Shown piece after piece: positions 56,000 to 64,000 of a stretch of DNA of 64,000 nucleotides (position 1 is its first letter; every line of letters starts with the position of its first letter). The notes under the pieces are model-generated. The model ran no database searches. It saw only the letters and a program-made list of their open reading frames with translations, and was not told where the DNA came from. A program made the position numbers and the translations under genes. Where the stretch lies: the NCBI GenBank assembly GCA_964455675.1, contig CAYVYK010000001.1:1-64000 (forward strand). Reading direction: 5' to 3'. This DNA comes from an uncultured Methanosarcinales archaeon (GTDB lineage Archaea > Nanobdellota > Nanobdellia > Woesearchaeales > CAYVYK01).

Positions 56000-56401
56000 A
56001 TGAGAAGGTTTCAGTTCGTGGAACATACGGCAGACGTGAAAGTTATTGCCTTTGGTAGTTCTCGCGAAAAGCAATTTGAAAATGCTGCTCTTGCAACGTT
56101 TAGTGTGATGACGGATACAAGCAAGATAAAACCAAAGGTCGTGCGGGAAATCCATGCAAAAGGAGAGGACGAGCAAAGTCTACTGTATGAGTGGCTTGAG
56201 AAACTCTTGCAGCTCCTTGGTAGTGAGGGATTCTTGCTGCATGAGGTACAGACAATGCACATCAAGGATTGCACGCTCAGCGCGAAAGTGAGGGGAGATC
56301 TGGTACGGGGTGGGTACGAGACGCATGGAGAGGTTAAGGCAGTCACGTATAATGAAATGAAGCTCGAAAAAGGAAGGATTGAGTTTGTTCTTGATATTTA
56401 A
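56000..56401 (+). CDS. Archease
   Basis: EHTADV and VKAVTY...VLDI; precedes rtcB. Confidence 0.93.
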   Translation: MRRFQFVEHTADVKVIAFGSSREKQFENAALATFSVMTDTSKIKPKVVREIHAKGEDEQSLLYEWLEKLLQLLGSEGFLLHEVQTMHIKDCTLSAKVRGDLVRGGYETHGEVKAVTYNEMKLEKGRIEFVLDI

Positions 56402-56488
56402 CTCAAAGAGAGAGTGTTGGTGGATAGCTTCTCATTCATAATGAGGTTAGAGCAAACGTTTAAAAACGCCTCCTGCCCGACAGAGTGT

Positions 56489-57910
56489 ATGGAACTGAAA
56501 AGGATTGGAGAGTTCGAGTGGGAAATACCAAAGTCTGGAAAGATGCTCGTTCCAGGCAGGATCTTCACTTCTGAGAAGATGCTTGAGAAGGTAAGGGATG
56601 ATCAGTCCTTGGAGCAATTGCAGAACATGGCATGCCTTCCTGGTATTCGTAAGCACGCTCTTGCGATGCCGGATGCCCATCGTGGGTATGGGTTTTGTAT
56701 TGGTGGAGTTGCGGCGTTTAGCCAGAAGGAAGGGATTATTTCTCCTGGTGGTGTTGGGTATGATATTAACTGCGGCGTCCGTATGCTGAGGACTGACCTT
56801 GCGTATGATGATATCAAGGATGTCCGGAGCGCTTTGCTCGACGCCCTGTTTAAAAGTATTCCTCCAGGTGCAGGCAGGAACGGAATCATCTCGATCTCGC
56901 GTGATGAACTGCTTGAGATTCTGGCGGAAGGTAGCAAGTGGGCGCTAAAGGAAGGATATGCCACAAAGGATGATATTGAGAAGACCGAGGAATATGGCAG
57001 GATGAGTGTGAAGGATCCAACAGTCCTAAGTAAGGACGCATTGGAACGCGGCCAGCCACAGATAGGTACGCTTGGAAGTGGTAATCATTTCCTCGAAATC
57101 CAGCGAGTTTCAGAGATATTTGATGGAAAGACTGCCGCAAAATTTGGACTGACTGATAAGGATCAGATTGTTGTCATGATCCATTGTGGAAGTCGTGGGC
57201 TTGGTCATCAGGTGGCGTCAGACTACATTCGGCTGATGGAGAAGAAGTTTGGGTATGCAAAGCTTCCTGACCGCGAGCTCATTAATGCCCCGATCGATTC
57301 CGATCTCGGCAAGGAGTACCTTGAGGCGATGTCTGCATCTGTTAATTTTGCGTTCTGCAATCGTCAGCTGATCGCGTATCATGTCCGTGAGACATTCAAG
57401 AAGGTTTTGGGCCGTTCTGTTGAGATGAAGCAGGTGTATGATGTCTGTCATAATATTGCGAAAATTGAGACACACCACGTCGATGGCAAAAAAGAGAGGC
57501 TTTGCGTGCACAGAAAAGGTGCGACGAGGAGCTTTGGCCCTGGCCGCGATGAGATCCCGGAGAGTTATCGCAAGATCGGCCAGCCAGTTCTCATTCCAGG
57601 AAGTATGGGTACATCTTCGTATGTTCTTGTTGGTACTGAGAAAGCAGAAGAAATCTCTTTTGGAAGCACGGCACATGGAGCTGGGCGAGCGCTGTCACGC
57701 CAGGCTGCTCTCGCAAAGTATCGCGGCCAAGAGATCGTTGTCGAGTTAAAGGGGCGCAACATCCTCGTAAAGGGTGGCTCGATGAAAGGTATCGCGGAGG
57801 AGACATACCAGGCATATAAAGACGTTGATGAGGTGGTAAAAGTCTCTGACAAGCTTGGTATTGGTAATCTCGTTGCTAAGCTCGTTCCTTCCGCGGTGAT
57901 GAAGGGCTAA
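56489..57910 (+). CDS. rtcB: RNA ligase RtcB
   Basis: MPDAH.GYGF.IG, GYDINCG, GTLGSGNHF.E, H.GSRG, HRKGAT, PGSMG and HGAGR. Confidence 0.96.
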   Translation: MELKRIGEFEWEIPKSGKMLVPGRIFTSEKMLEKVRDDQSLEQLQNMACLPGIRKHALAMPDAHRGYGFCIGGVAAFSQKEGIISPGGVGYDINCGVRMLRTDLAYDDIKDVRSALLDALFKSIPPGAGRNGIISISRDELLEILAEGSKWALKEGYATKDDIEKTEEYGRMSVKDPTVLSKDALERGQPQIGTLGSGNHFLEIQRVSEIFDGKTAAKFGLTDKDQIVVMIHCGSRGLGHQVASDYIRLMEKKFGYAKLPDRELINAPIDSDLGKEYLEAMSASVNFAFCNRQLIAYHVRETFKKVLGRSVEMKQVYDVCHNIAKIETHHVDGKKERLCVHRKGATRSFGPGRDEIPESYRKIGQPVLIPGSMGTSSYVLVGTEKAEEISFGSTAHGAGRALSRQAALAKYRGQEIVVELKGRNILVKGGSMKGIAEETYQAYKDVDEVVKVSDKLGIGNLVAKLVPSAVMKG

Positions 57911-58259
57911 AGCATGCTTTGCAGTCCTGGAGATTTTTACAGTGCCTTTTGTGTATCTCGCAGAGAAATCCTGATCGCCTGATTTCTCGGAGTAGTCGCT
58001 GGATTTCGCCAAGAACCTTTTGTGGATCTTCTGAGATGATGTGTGCTCCTTCGGCTATTTGCTGCTTGATCCGGAGGGGAAAAGAGAATTCTGTTCCTCG
58101 TTTCTTTTTTCTGTAGTGTGATACTGACGCTTCGGTAATCCCAAGGATATGTGCAACGTCGCGCTGCTTCATGCCTAGCTTAAGCAGTTCAAGTGAGAGT
58201 TCCCGTCGTAGTGCGGGTATGACGTACCATACTTCAACTTCTTCCGGCATTCCAAGCAT
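57876..58259 (-). CDS. Archaeal HTH transcriptional regulator with C-terminal Cys/His motif
   Basis: P.E....YVIPALR..L, Q..VA..LGITEA.VS.Y...KRG and LC..H. Confidence 0.8.
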   Translation of the reverse strand: MLGMPEEVEVWYVIPALRRELSLELLKLGMKQRDVAHILGITEASVSHYRKKKRGTEFSFPLRIKQQIAEGAHIISEDPQKVLGEIQRLLREIRRSGFLCEIHKRHCKNLQDCKACFSPSSPRKERA

Positions 58260-58317
58260 GGCTGTGTACAAGTATGTTTGGTATATATAATTTGCCTGCA
58301 AGTGAAAAATGTGGTTG

Positions 58318-58833
58318 CTATGCACGGGCTGATTTTGCATGGAGCCGCTGTATCTTGAAGAAGATATATGGAGCGACGAATGCGCAAGTGTAGACAATGC
58401 CGATGATGAGTGGATTGTGCCAGTTGTCGAGATTGATTGTTTTTGAAACGCTATTAGATAGGAGCGTGATGAAGTATGCGTTGATGAGCGCCTGGATGGG
58501 CAGGAAGATTTCTCCGATGACGTAGGATTGTGGATTGAGCGCTTCGATGTCTTTGAGGAGCGATGCAAAAAGCAGGCCAAAAGTTGTTGCAACAATCGCA
58601 AGCACAAGGAGAAGTCCGGCGCTTGACAGAACGACAAGGAGCGGAACAAGAACGATCGTGACAATGAGATTGCCGATGATTGCGAGAATGAGGAGAATCC
58701 AGTACAGCACTTTGTCAAATATTCTTACTTCTTTGTAATTTTTGGCGAAAACGCGATCAACAACAAGTGATGGTTCGCGCTGGAATCTGTTGTACAAGTA
58801 CTCCTGCTGCCTGTAGTTGATCGCGCGTGTCAT
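58318..58833 (-). CDS. Four-TM membrane protein
   Basis: Four hydrophobic segments; coupled to the upstream genes. Confidence 0.65.
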   Translation of the reverse strand: MTRAINYRQQEYLYNRFQREPSLVVDRVFAKNYKEVRIFDKVLYWILLILAIIGNLIVTIVLVPLLVVLSSAGLLLVLAIVATTFGLLFASLLKDIEALNPQSYVIGEIFLPIQALINAYFITLLSNSVSKTINLDNWHNPLIIGIVYTCAFVAPYIFFKIQRLHAKSARA

Positions 58834-58834
58834 G

Positions 58835-59287
58835 TTAACTGTCTCCGATGTATTTCATCATGTGCGCAAGGAACATGCGGGTGTCATGGTAGTACTGTGT
58901 GACGACATCGATGGTAAGATGGAGGTCACCATCGTCGAGATGGACGATCATGGCAACATGCCTTCGGTATTCTTGTGTTCGGTCAAATGGCGCGCGCAGG
59001 ATTCTTCGGCAAAGGAGGTAGAAGTCAAGGTGTTTGGCGAGTGCCTCATCGTCGGGAAACTGCATTCGGAAGAATTCCACAACTTGTCCGGGTGCTGTTG
59101 GAACGTCCGTTTTGTGCGTTTCTTTGTACTCTGCAAGGTACCCCGCAAAGAGCCGCTCGTACGTGTTGCAGAGCCGCTCCATAATGCTCTTGATGATGTC
59201 AGCAGTCCGAGTATATTTGAGGCTGACATAGATGAGATGATCGCACCGTTTCATCTCATGATATGCTTCTTCGAGATATTCCTTCAT
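58835..59287 (-). CDS. Hypothetical helical protein
   Basis: LEEA..E.KR.DHLIYVSLKY; part of an operon. Confidence 0.65.
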   Translation of the reverse strand: MKEYLEEAYHEMKRCDHLIYVSLKYTRTADIIKSIMERLCNTYERLFAGYLAEYKETHKTDVPTAPGQVVEFFRMQFPDDEALAKHLDFYLLCRRILRAPFDRTQEYRRHVAMIVHLDDGDLHLTIDVVTQYYHDTRMFLAHMMKYIGDS

Positions 59288-59750
59288 GGGTTGTTACCTG
59301 TGTTGCCATATCCTGAACGAAAGCTTTGGCGGTTGCCAGATGCTTTTTCAGGGTTATGAGTGTGAGTGCGGTCATATCATACTCCGGACTGCAAATGATG
59401 TACTTGTCTTTTCGAGTGAATTCCATAGGGCTCTGTTGATGTTTGGTGATGATCTCCTTGATGTCTCGGGCTGTGATGATGATTGCTGGATCGGTATGGT
59501 AAGTCTGTGTGAGGTGGGCAAATGCGTGTATCCTTCCTTCGAACGTTGGCTGGTACGGCTCGATTCGCTTGTACAGGAGTTCGAATTGGAGCACACCTTC
59601 CATTGCGCCCATCATTGCTAAAAAGATGTTTTCGAGCGCCAAGAGGAGCACTTTGGGGTCCTTGAGCCCTGGATAGGTCATGGTGATGAGGTAGTCCGCG
59701 AGTTGGATCTTCTGTTGTGCAGTCGAGAAGGACCCCTCATAATCTTCCAT
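59256..59750 (-). CDS. Hypothetical helical protein (possible paralog of 58835-59287)
   Basis: A.QKI..ADYL...TY...EF.R. Confidence 0.65.
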   Translation of the reverse strand: MEDYEGSFSTAQQKIQLADYLITMTYPGLKDPKVLLLALENIFLAMMGAMEGVLQFELLYKRIEPYQPTFEGRIHAFAHLTQTYHTDPAIIITARDIKEIITKHQQSPMEFTRKDKYIICSPEYDMTALTLITLKKHLATAKAFVQDMATQVTTHEGISRRSIS

Positions 59751-59782
59751 GAGGGATTATAAGCGACAGAACTTTAAAAACA

Positions 59783-60121
59783 TTACGAGCTTTTAAGCGT
59801 AAGAATGGCCTTTGCGAGGTCTCCTTCGGCTTCTTTCAGTGCTTCTCGTGCGGCATCTTCATCCACGCCTGCTTGCTCTGCGACCGTTTTAATGTCCTCG
59901 AGGGATAGTTCTGGCCTCGAATCCTTTGGTTGTTCCACCTCGTCTCCACTGATCTGGTAGGATGTTTCTCCCATCATGTTGACTTTGGCGACAGATGGGT
60001 TTTCAATGATGATACGACTGTCTGAAAGCTCGATGATCACGCGCTCTGCGTTGATTTCAGTCTGAGAAATACCCATGCGCTTCATAGCCTGCTTCATCAT
60101 GCGCGGATCGATTCCTTGCAT
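59783..60121 (-). CDS. nac: Nascent polypeptide-associated complex (archaeal NAC)
   Basis: DPR.M...MKRMGI...I.A..VII plus a C-terminal UBA-like EDI..V..Q.GV...A..AL...GDLA.AI. Confidence 0.93.
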   Translation of the reverse strand: MQGIDPRMMKQAMKRMGISQTEINAERVIIELSDSRIIIENPSVAKVNMMGETSYQISGDEVEQPKDSRPELSLEDIKTVAEQAGVDEDAAREALKEAEGDLAKAILTLKSS

Positions 60122-60130
60122 AAACCCACC

Positions 60131-60304
60131 TTAGATACCAAGCAATCCTTTCCCAAAGATATGGAGTAGGATGACAACCAGCATGACAACAATGGTCATG
60201 ACGATGACGACAACAGGCGAGAAACGTATCTTGCTTTTATAATCATCAAAATATCTGACAAGTCCTCCTTGAGAGGATGGCATACTGACGCGGTTTTGGC
60301 TCAT
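60131..60304 (-). CDS. secG: Preprotein translocase subunit Sec61-beta (absent from ORF track, 57 aa)
   Basis: Translated by hand as MSQNRVSMPSSQGGLVRYFDDYKSKIRFSPVVVIVMTIVVMLVVILLHIFGKGLLGI; GL.RYF...I..P plus one TM helix. Confidence 0.9.
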   Translation of the reverse strand: MSQNRVSMPSSQGGLVRYFDDYKSKIRFSPVVVIVMTIVVMLVVILLHIFGKGLLGI

Positions 60305-60356
60305 GTTTGGAATAAGTATGTCCAGATTTATAAATGTTGAGGCTGAGAACCTAGGA

Positions 60357-62024
60357 TCATGAAAATAGCTGCCTCAGTAGTCGTAATAAGGGTTCCCTGT
60401 CAACTGCGATGAGGAATGGTGCAAGTTTTGGTCCTGATTCTTTGCCAAACAGGATAAGGTATGTTTTGCGGAAGAATTCCCGGCTGTTGATCTCATGGGC
60501 TTTGAGTGTTTCATAGATGAACGATGATATCTCTTCTTCAGTAGTCTTGCTTTCCTCGAGTCGTTTGATGATTTCTTTGTATACATCAAGTTCTGGCGTG
60601 GTCACCTGCTCTAGTGCCTGGAGTGGCACGTCATTCATGAGTTCAAACTTGAATTGGTCAGGCGCAAATTCATGGACCCATTTCTTCGCAAAGTCCAAGC
60701 GCTCATGCACAAGACGTTCTTCTTCTGGTGTCATCCCGGCAGGGTATTTCCCAAGGAGCTTGAGTTTCGCAATAACATCTTCTCTATTTGGACTCATCTG
60801 CACAACTAGTGATGCAAGCGTAAACGGTATTTGTGGAGGTAGCCGCACAGGCAGATTTCCCACGTGGGATAACTCGTAGATGCGTTTGTGTTTCTGGATT
60901 TCATGAGGATTTTTTTCTTCATCAGAGCCAAAATAGATGCGTTCCGTTTTGTCGAACCGTTCGTAGAGGAGTATGAGGTCGTTCTTTTGTGCGGGCTGGA
61001 AGTCGATGACCGCTGTAGGCCTCGTCGCAATGAGGAGATACCGTAGCATGTGTGCTGGTGCATACGTTGTTGATTCTGCAAATGGGATTCCCTGTCCCTT
61101 TGATGATGACATTTTCTTTCCGCCGACCGTGAAGAACTCGTATCCCGCGCCAATGCTTGTTGGTGTTGATGGAAAAGGCGGGGGGTAATGGAAAACCTCG
61201 TGGGATATCAGGATAGATATTGATCTGCTTCCGCCGGCCGTGAAGTGGTCTTTTCCTGCAAGTTCCGCCATGACTCCGACGACGGGCCACTTTGCTGCCC
61301 ATTCCACTTTCCAGGGGAATTTTCCTCCTCCTTTGAATGGCGACCGCTCTCCTTCATAGCCGCAGCCTTCCGCCCAGTCCACGAGGTCTTTCACGCACCG
61401 GTATTTGACTATCCCGCGCGATGCGTCCCATGCGTACGCAACGGTTGTGCCAATCTTGCCGCACTTCTCGCATATCGGATTGAATGGTAGCTTGTCGGGC
61501 CGCTCGCCGTACATGCGCTCGTAGATGTCGTTAATCTTATCTGCGTTGTCAAGGGCGACTCGAATCATGTTGTCAAAGTCGCCGTTGATGTAGCGCTGCC
61601 CCGTGCTTTCAAGCTCTGCTTCAATACCGAATTCCGCAAACTTTTCCGTGCATTCGTCAAAGTAGTAGTCGGCGAATGTCTTGTATTTCGGCTTCGGGCT
61701 TGGAATGTCTCGAAATGGCTTGCCAAGATACTCTTTGAATTCGGGTGGCAGGTCGACATTCATTGCGTCAAACGGGTCCATATCATCGCTTGAGAGGATA
61801 AACCGCGCGCGGACTCCTCGCTCGCGCAGAGCCTTGGCAATGGTATCATGGATGATCCACCCGCGTCCTGATCCGATATGTATCCTCCCGCTGGGGGTTT
61901 TCTCGTCGTATACAATGAATCCGCGCTCCTCAGTGATCTTCTTGAGTTGTGGATCAAGCTGTGCCCGCCTGATTATTTCTTCAGCCATCTGGTCTGCCCA
62001 GTGGAGGCTGGTTTCGTCAGTCAT
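60357..62024 (-). CDS. lysS: Lysine--tRNA ligase, class I
   Basis: HWAD, TPSG.IHIG, CEKCGKI, GKDH, KMSSSKG and GPKLAPF. Confidence 0.95.
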   Translation of the reverse strand: MTDETSLHWADQMAEEIIRRAQLDPQLKKITEERGFIVYDEKTPSGRIHIGSGRGWIIHDTIAKALRERGVRARFILSSDDMDPFDAMNVDLPPEFKEYLGKPFRDIPSPKPKYKTFADYYFDECTEKFAEFGIEAELESTGQRYINGDFDNMIRVALDNADKINDIYERMYGERPDKLPFNPICEKCGKIGTTVAYAWDASRGIVKYRCVKDLVDWAEGCGYEGERSPFKGGGKFPWKVEWAAKWPVVGVMAELAGKDHFTAGGSRSISILISHEVFHYPPPFPSTPTSIGAGYEFFTVGGKKMSSSKGQGIPFAESTTYAPAHMLRYLLIATRPTAVIDFQPAQKNDLILLYERFDKTERIYFGSDEEKNPHEIQKHKRIYELSHVGNLPVRLPPQIPFTLASLVVQMSPNREDVIAKLKLLGKYPAGMTPEEERLVHERLDFAKKWVHEFAPDQFKFELMNDVPLQALEQVTTPELDVYKEIIKRLEESKTTEEEISSFIYETLKAHEINSREFFRKTYLILFGKESGPKLAPFLIAVDREPLLRLLRQLFS

Positions 62025-62068
62025 GGAATTATGAAGTTGGACTTGCTATTTAAAATTGCCGAAGAAAA

Positions 62069-62415
62069 GTGTAGGGCAGCGATAAGCCGCCTTTTGTGCA
62101 GCCCAAAAGCACACAAGTGTTGTATGCTCGATGGCTGTCCTGACATTCGACTTCGCGGTTGTACCTTGCACCGTTGGGTCTCGCCGTTTCACCCACTCCA
62201 CAAGGATATTCAGCCGGTTTCCCTTAATCCAAGGGTTTTGGTTTGCACCAAACGCGCCTGTGTTGCCACAGGTTTCCAAGGCCACATGTCCATCTTGTGG
62301 TGGTTCGTTTCTGAGCGGTTGCCTTCCCTTTCGGGAACATGCGTTTCGCAAGCAACTTGCTATGGTGGGCGGACTTTCCTCAGCATACGCCGATGGTCAG
62401 GTTGCTGCCCTACAC
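62069..62415 (-). ncRNA. rnpB: RNase P RNA (archaeal)
   Basis: The minus strand has gaggaaaguccgccc near the 5' end and acaaaaggcggcuuau near the 3' end (P4). Terminal P1 is guguagggcagc/gcugcccuacac; GNRA-capped hairpins are present. Confidence 0.93.
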
Positions 62416-62521
62416 GGACGAGGGAAACAAAATCGCCTTAAAAACCTTATGCTTTTTATACGATGAATGTTTTCCGACAATCGTGGGCACCGCGTAAAAA
62501 AGCTCACAGAGACCATGAGCC

Positions 62522-63673
62522 ATGATTCGTAAACCTGTAAACAGCGTTATTAATTCGCTTGGAGCATACTTTCCAAAAAATATTCTGGCAAATGATGATT
62601 TTGTGCATATTCTTGCGGCATCCGGAAAGGAGACTTCTGATGCATGGATCAAGGAACGCACGGGGATTGAGGAACGTCGTGTCTGTAGTCCTGGAGAAAG
62701 CGTCGAGTCTATGTCAGCGAATGCTGCTCGTGACTGTGTGAATCGTGCAAGTGACATTCCTCCAATTGAGTATGTGATTGTTGCAACGAATACTCCTGCG
62801 CGAAAGTTCCCAGGTATCGCTCCGCACGTACTTGGAGAATTATCAAATTATCAGGATGCCACGGGTAGAAATATTGTATGTGATAATGCGAGTGGGTGCG
62901 ACATTGAGGCAGGATGCGCAGGGATCAATCATGCCCTCATGGCCGGTGATTCACTGATCAGGTCGGGATTATACCATTCAGTTCTCGTGATAGGTTGTGA
63001 TATGCTCTCGTCGATAACGGATTATGCTGATCGCGAGACATGTATTCTGTTCGGTGACGGCGCGGGAGCGTATCATCTCGTTGCGCATGACGATCTTGGT
63101 TTTGGCTTTTTGGGTCATGACATGTCAAGCGACAGTGCCAAGAGAGAGAAGATTTACTGCAATGCTCTTGAGGAGAAAGTGATTCTCGCTGAGGCTCTCT
63201 GCGTTCTGAGGGAAGGTGTCAAACCCATAAAATCTCTTGGACCAGTTATTCATATGGATGGGCGTGCAGTCTACAAATATGTTGTTTCTCTCGTAAAGGG
63301 ATTGATTGCATCATTCCCGGAGAATCATTACTTGAATCCTGATGGTATTCCCTTTGAGCGGGTGCGATTTGTCACGCCACATCAGGCCAATATGCGGATG
63401 ATTGAGTCTATTGATGGTGATGTTCCAGGTTTCAGTGGCCGGTGCAGGTTGAACTTGAGATATTTTGGGAATACTTCAACCGCTTCGCAGATACTCTCCT
63501 TGATGGATATTTTGTATACGGAGGCAGAGCGCGGCGACTATGTCTTTGAGGTCGCGTACGGCGCGGGGCTTACTGGTGGTGCTGGCCTCTATAGAGTACC
63601 CCATCGTCTCGTGGGAAGGATCCCAATTACGGATTTTGTCGCAGAAGGACGAAGGATAATTGGCCCAAGGTAA
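62522..63673 (+). CDS. fabH: 3-oxoacyl-ACP synthase III (FabH-like), bacterial type
   Basis: TSDAWIKERTGI.ERR, AGCAG, DR.TC.LFGDGAGA, MDG.AVY, PHQAN.R, GNTS and GAGLT (Cys-His-Asn triad). Confidence 0.85.
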   Translation: MIRKPVNSVINSLGAYFPKNILANDDFVHILAASGKETSDAWIKERTGIEERRVCSPGESVESMSANAARDCVNRASDIPPIEYVIVATNTPARKFPGIAPHVLGELSNYQDATGRNIVCDNASGCDIEAGCAGINHALMAGDSLIRSGLYHSVLVIGCDMLSSITDYADRETCILFGDGAGAYHLVAHDDLGFGFLGHDMSSDSAKREKIYCNALEEKVILAEALCVLREGVKPIKSLGPVIHMDGRAVYKYVVSLVKGLIASFPENHYLNPDGIPFERVRFVTPHQANMRMIESIDGDVPGFSGRCRLNLRYFGNTSTASQILSLMDILYTEAERGDYVFEVAYGAGLTGGAGLYRVPHRLVGRIPITDFVAEGRRIIGPR

Positions 63674-64000
63674 TCACTTCTTTTCTTTCGAAGTGATAGT
63701 CTGCAGCGATTGCGCGAATGGTGTCGGGATTCTTGGTGATAATCACTAGGTTTCCATTCTTTTTCAGCACTGCTCCTCCGCGCTCGAAGAGTTGTGAATA
63801 TAGATTTCGAAATCGACCCTCTTGAAAATTCCTAGAGAGGTGCGGAGGCTCAGTTACGATACAGTCCACTTTTTCTTTGAGTTTGATGTCCACCCAGTCG
63901 ACCTCTACTCTTCGTACGGTAATATCGTCTCCAACGCCTGCGATTTTGGCATTTTTTTGGGCGATGCGTACACTTCCCATCATGCTGTCAAAGGCATAGA
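63627..64000 (-). CDS. RNA methyltransferase, THUMP/Trm14-Trm11-like (C-terminal part; truncated by window end)
   Basis: A..NA..AGV...I, VDCIVT.PP and LY..LF. Confidence 0.6.
   Translation of the reverse strand, partial: YAFDSMMGSVRIAQKNAKIAGVGDDITVRRVEVDWVDIKLKEKVDCIVTEPPHLSRNFQEGRFRNLYSQLFERGGAVLKKNGNLVIITKNPDTIRAIAADYHFERKEVITLGQLSFVLLRQNP

Noticed and set aside
56489..57910. Intein in RtcB
   Set aside because: The length (~473 aa) is normal and the motifs are contiguous.
57876..58718. 280-aa ORF as listed in the track
   Set aside because: The upstream part overlaps the 58318-58833 gene in another frame; the real HTH gene most likely starts at 58259. Similar spurious 5' extensions affect the ORFs listed at 15106, 41336, 46201, 46387, 48300 and 56414.
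61878..62466. ORFs 61878-62441, 62046-62351 and 62131-62466
   Set aside because: They overlap the RNase P RNA gene and lack protein-like features.

Overview
This window reads as a gene-dense archaeal chromosome segment, most consistent with a DPANN/Woesearchaeota-like organism. That assignment is inferred from class I LysRS, Nop5/fibrillarin, NAC, Sec61-beta, deoxyhypusine synthase, ABCE1, TATA-box promoters and class III signal peptides. Contents in order: a type IV pilus locus with a giant vWA adhesin (1.7-12.3 kb); a four-gene operon of J-domain/Ser-Thr kinase, orphan, vWA and divergent pyruvate-kinase-fold enzyme, opposite an AbrB/PhoU regulator (12.3-17.3 kb); Cys-rich surface proteins; a glycosylation island with Wzm/Wzt, a sulfotransferase-glycosyltransferase fusion, CysQ and a nucleotidyltransferase-APS kinase fusion (25.7-35.8 kb); and many translation/tRNA genes. 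Three RNA genes (SRP RNA, tRNA-Phe(GAA), RNase P RNA) and a small Sec61-beta gene are absent from the ORF track. TGT, AspRS and FabH are bacterial-type. Small structured repeats with compensatory base changes occur in intergenic DNA. The best candidates for undescribed biology are the J-kinase/vWA/PK-like operon and the putative minimal PAPS synthase of the sulfated-glycan island. All product calls come from motif recognition by eye; no searches were run.
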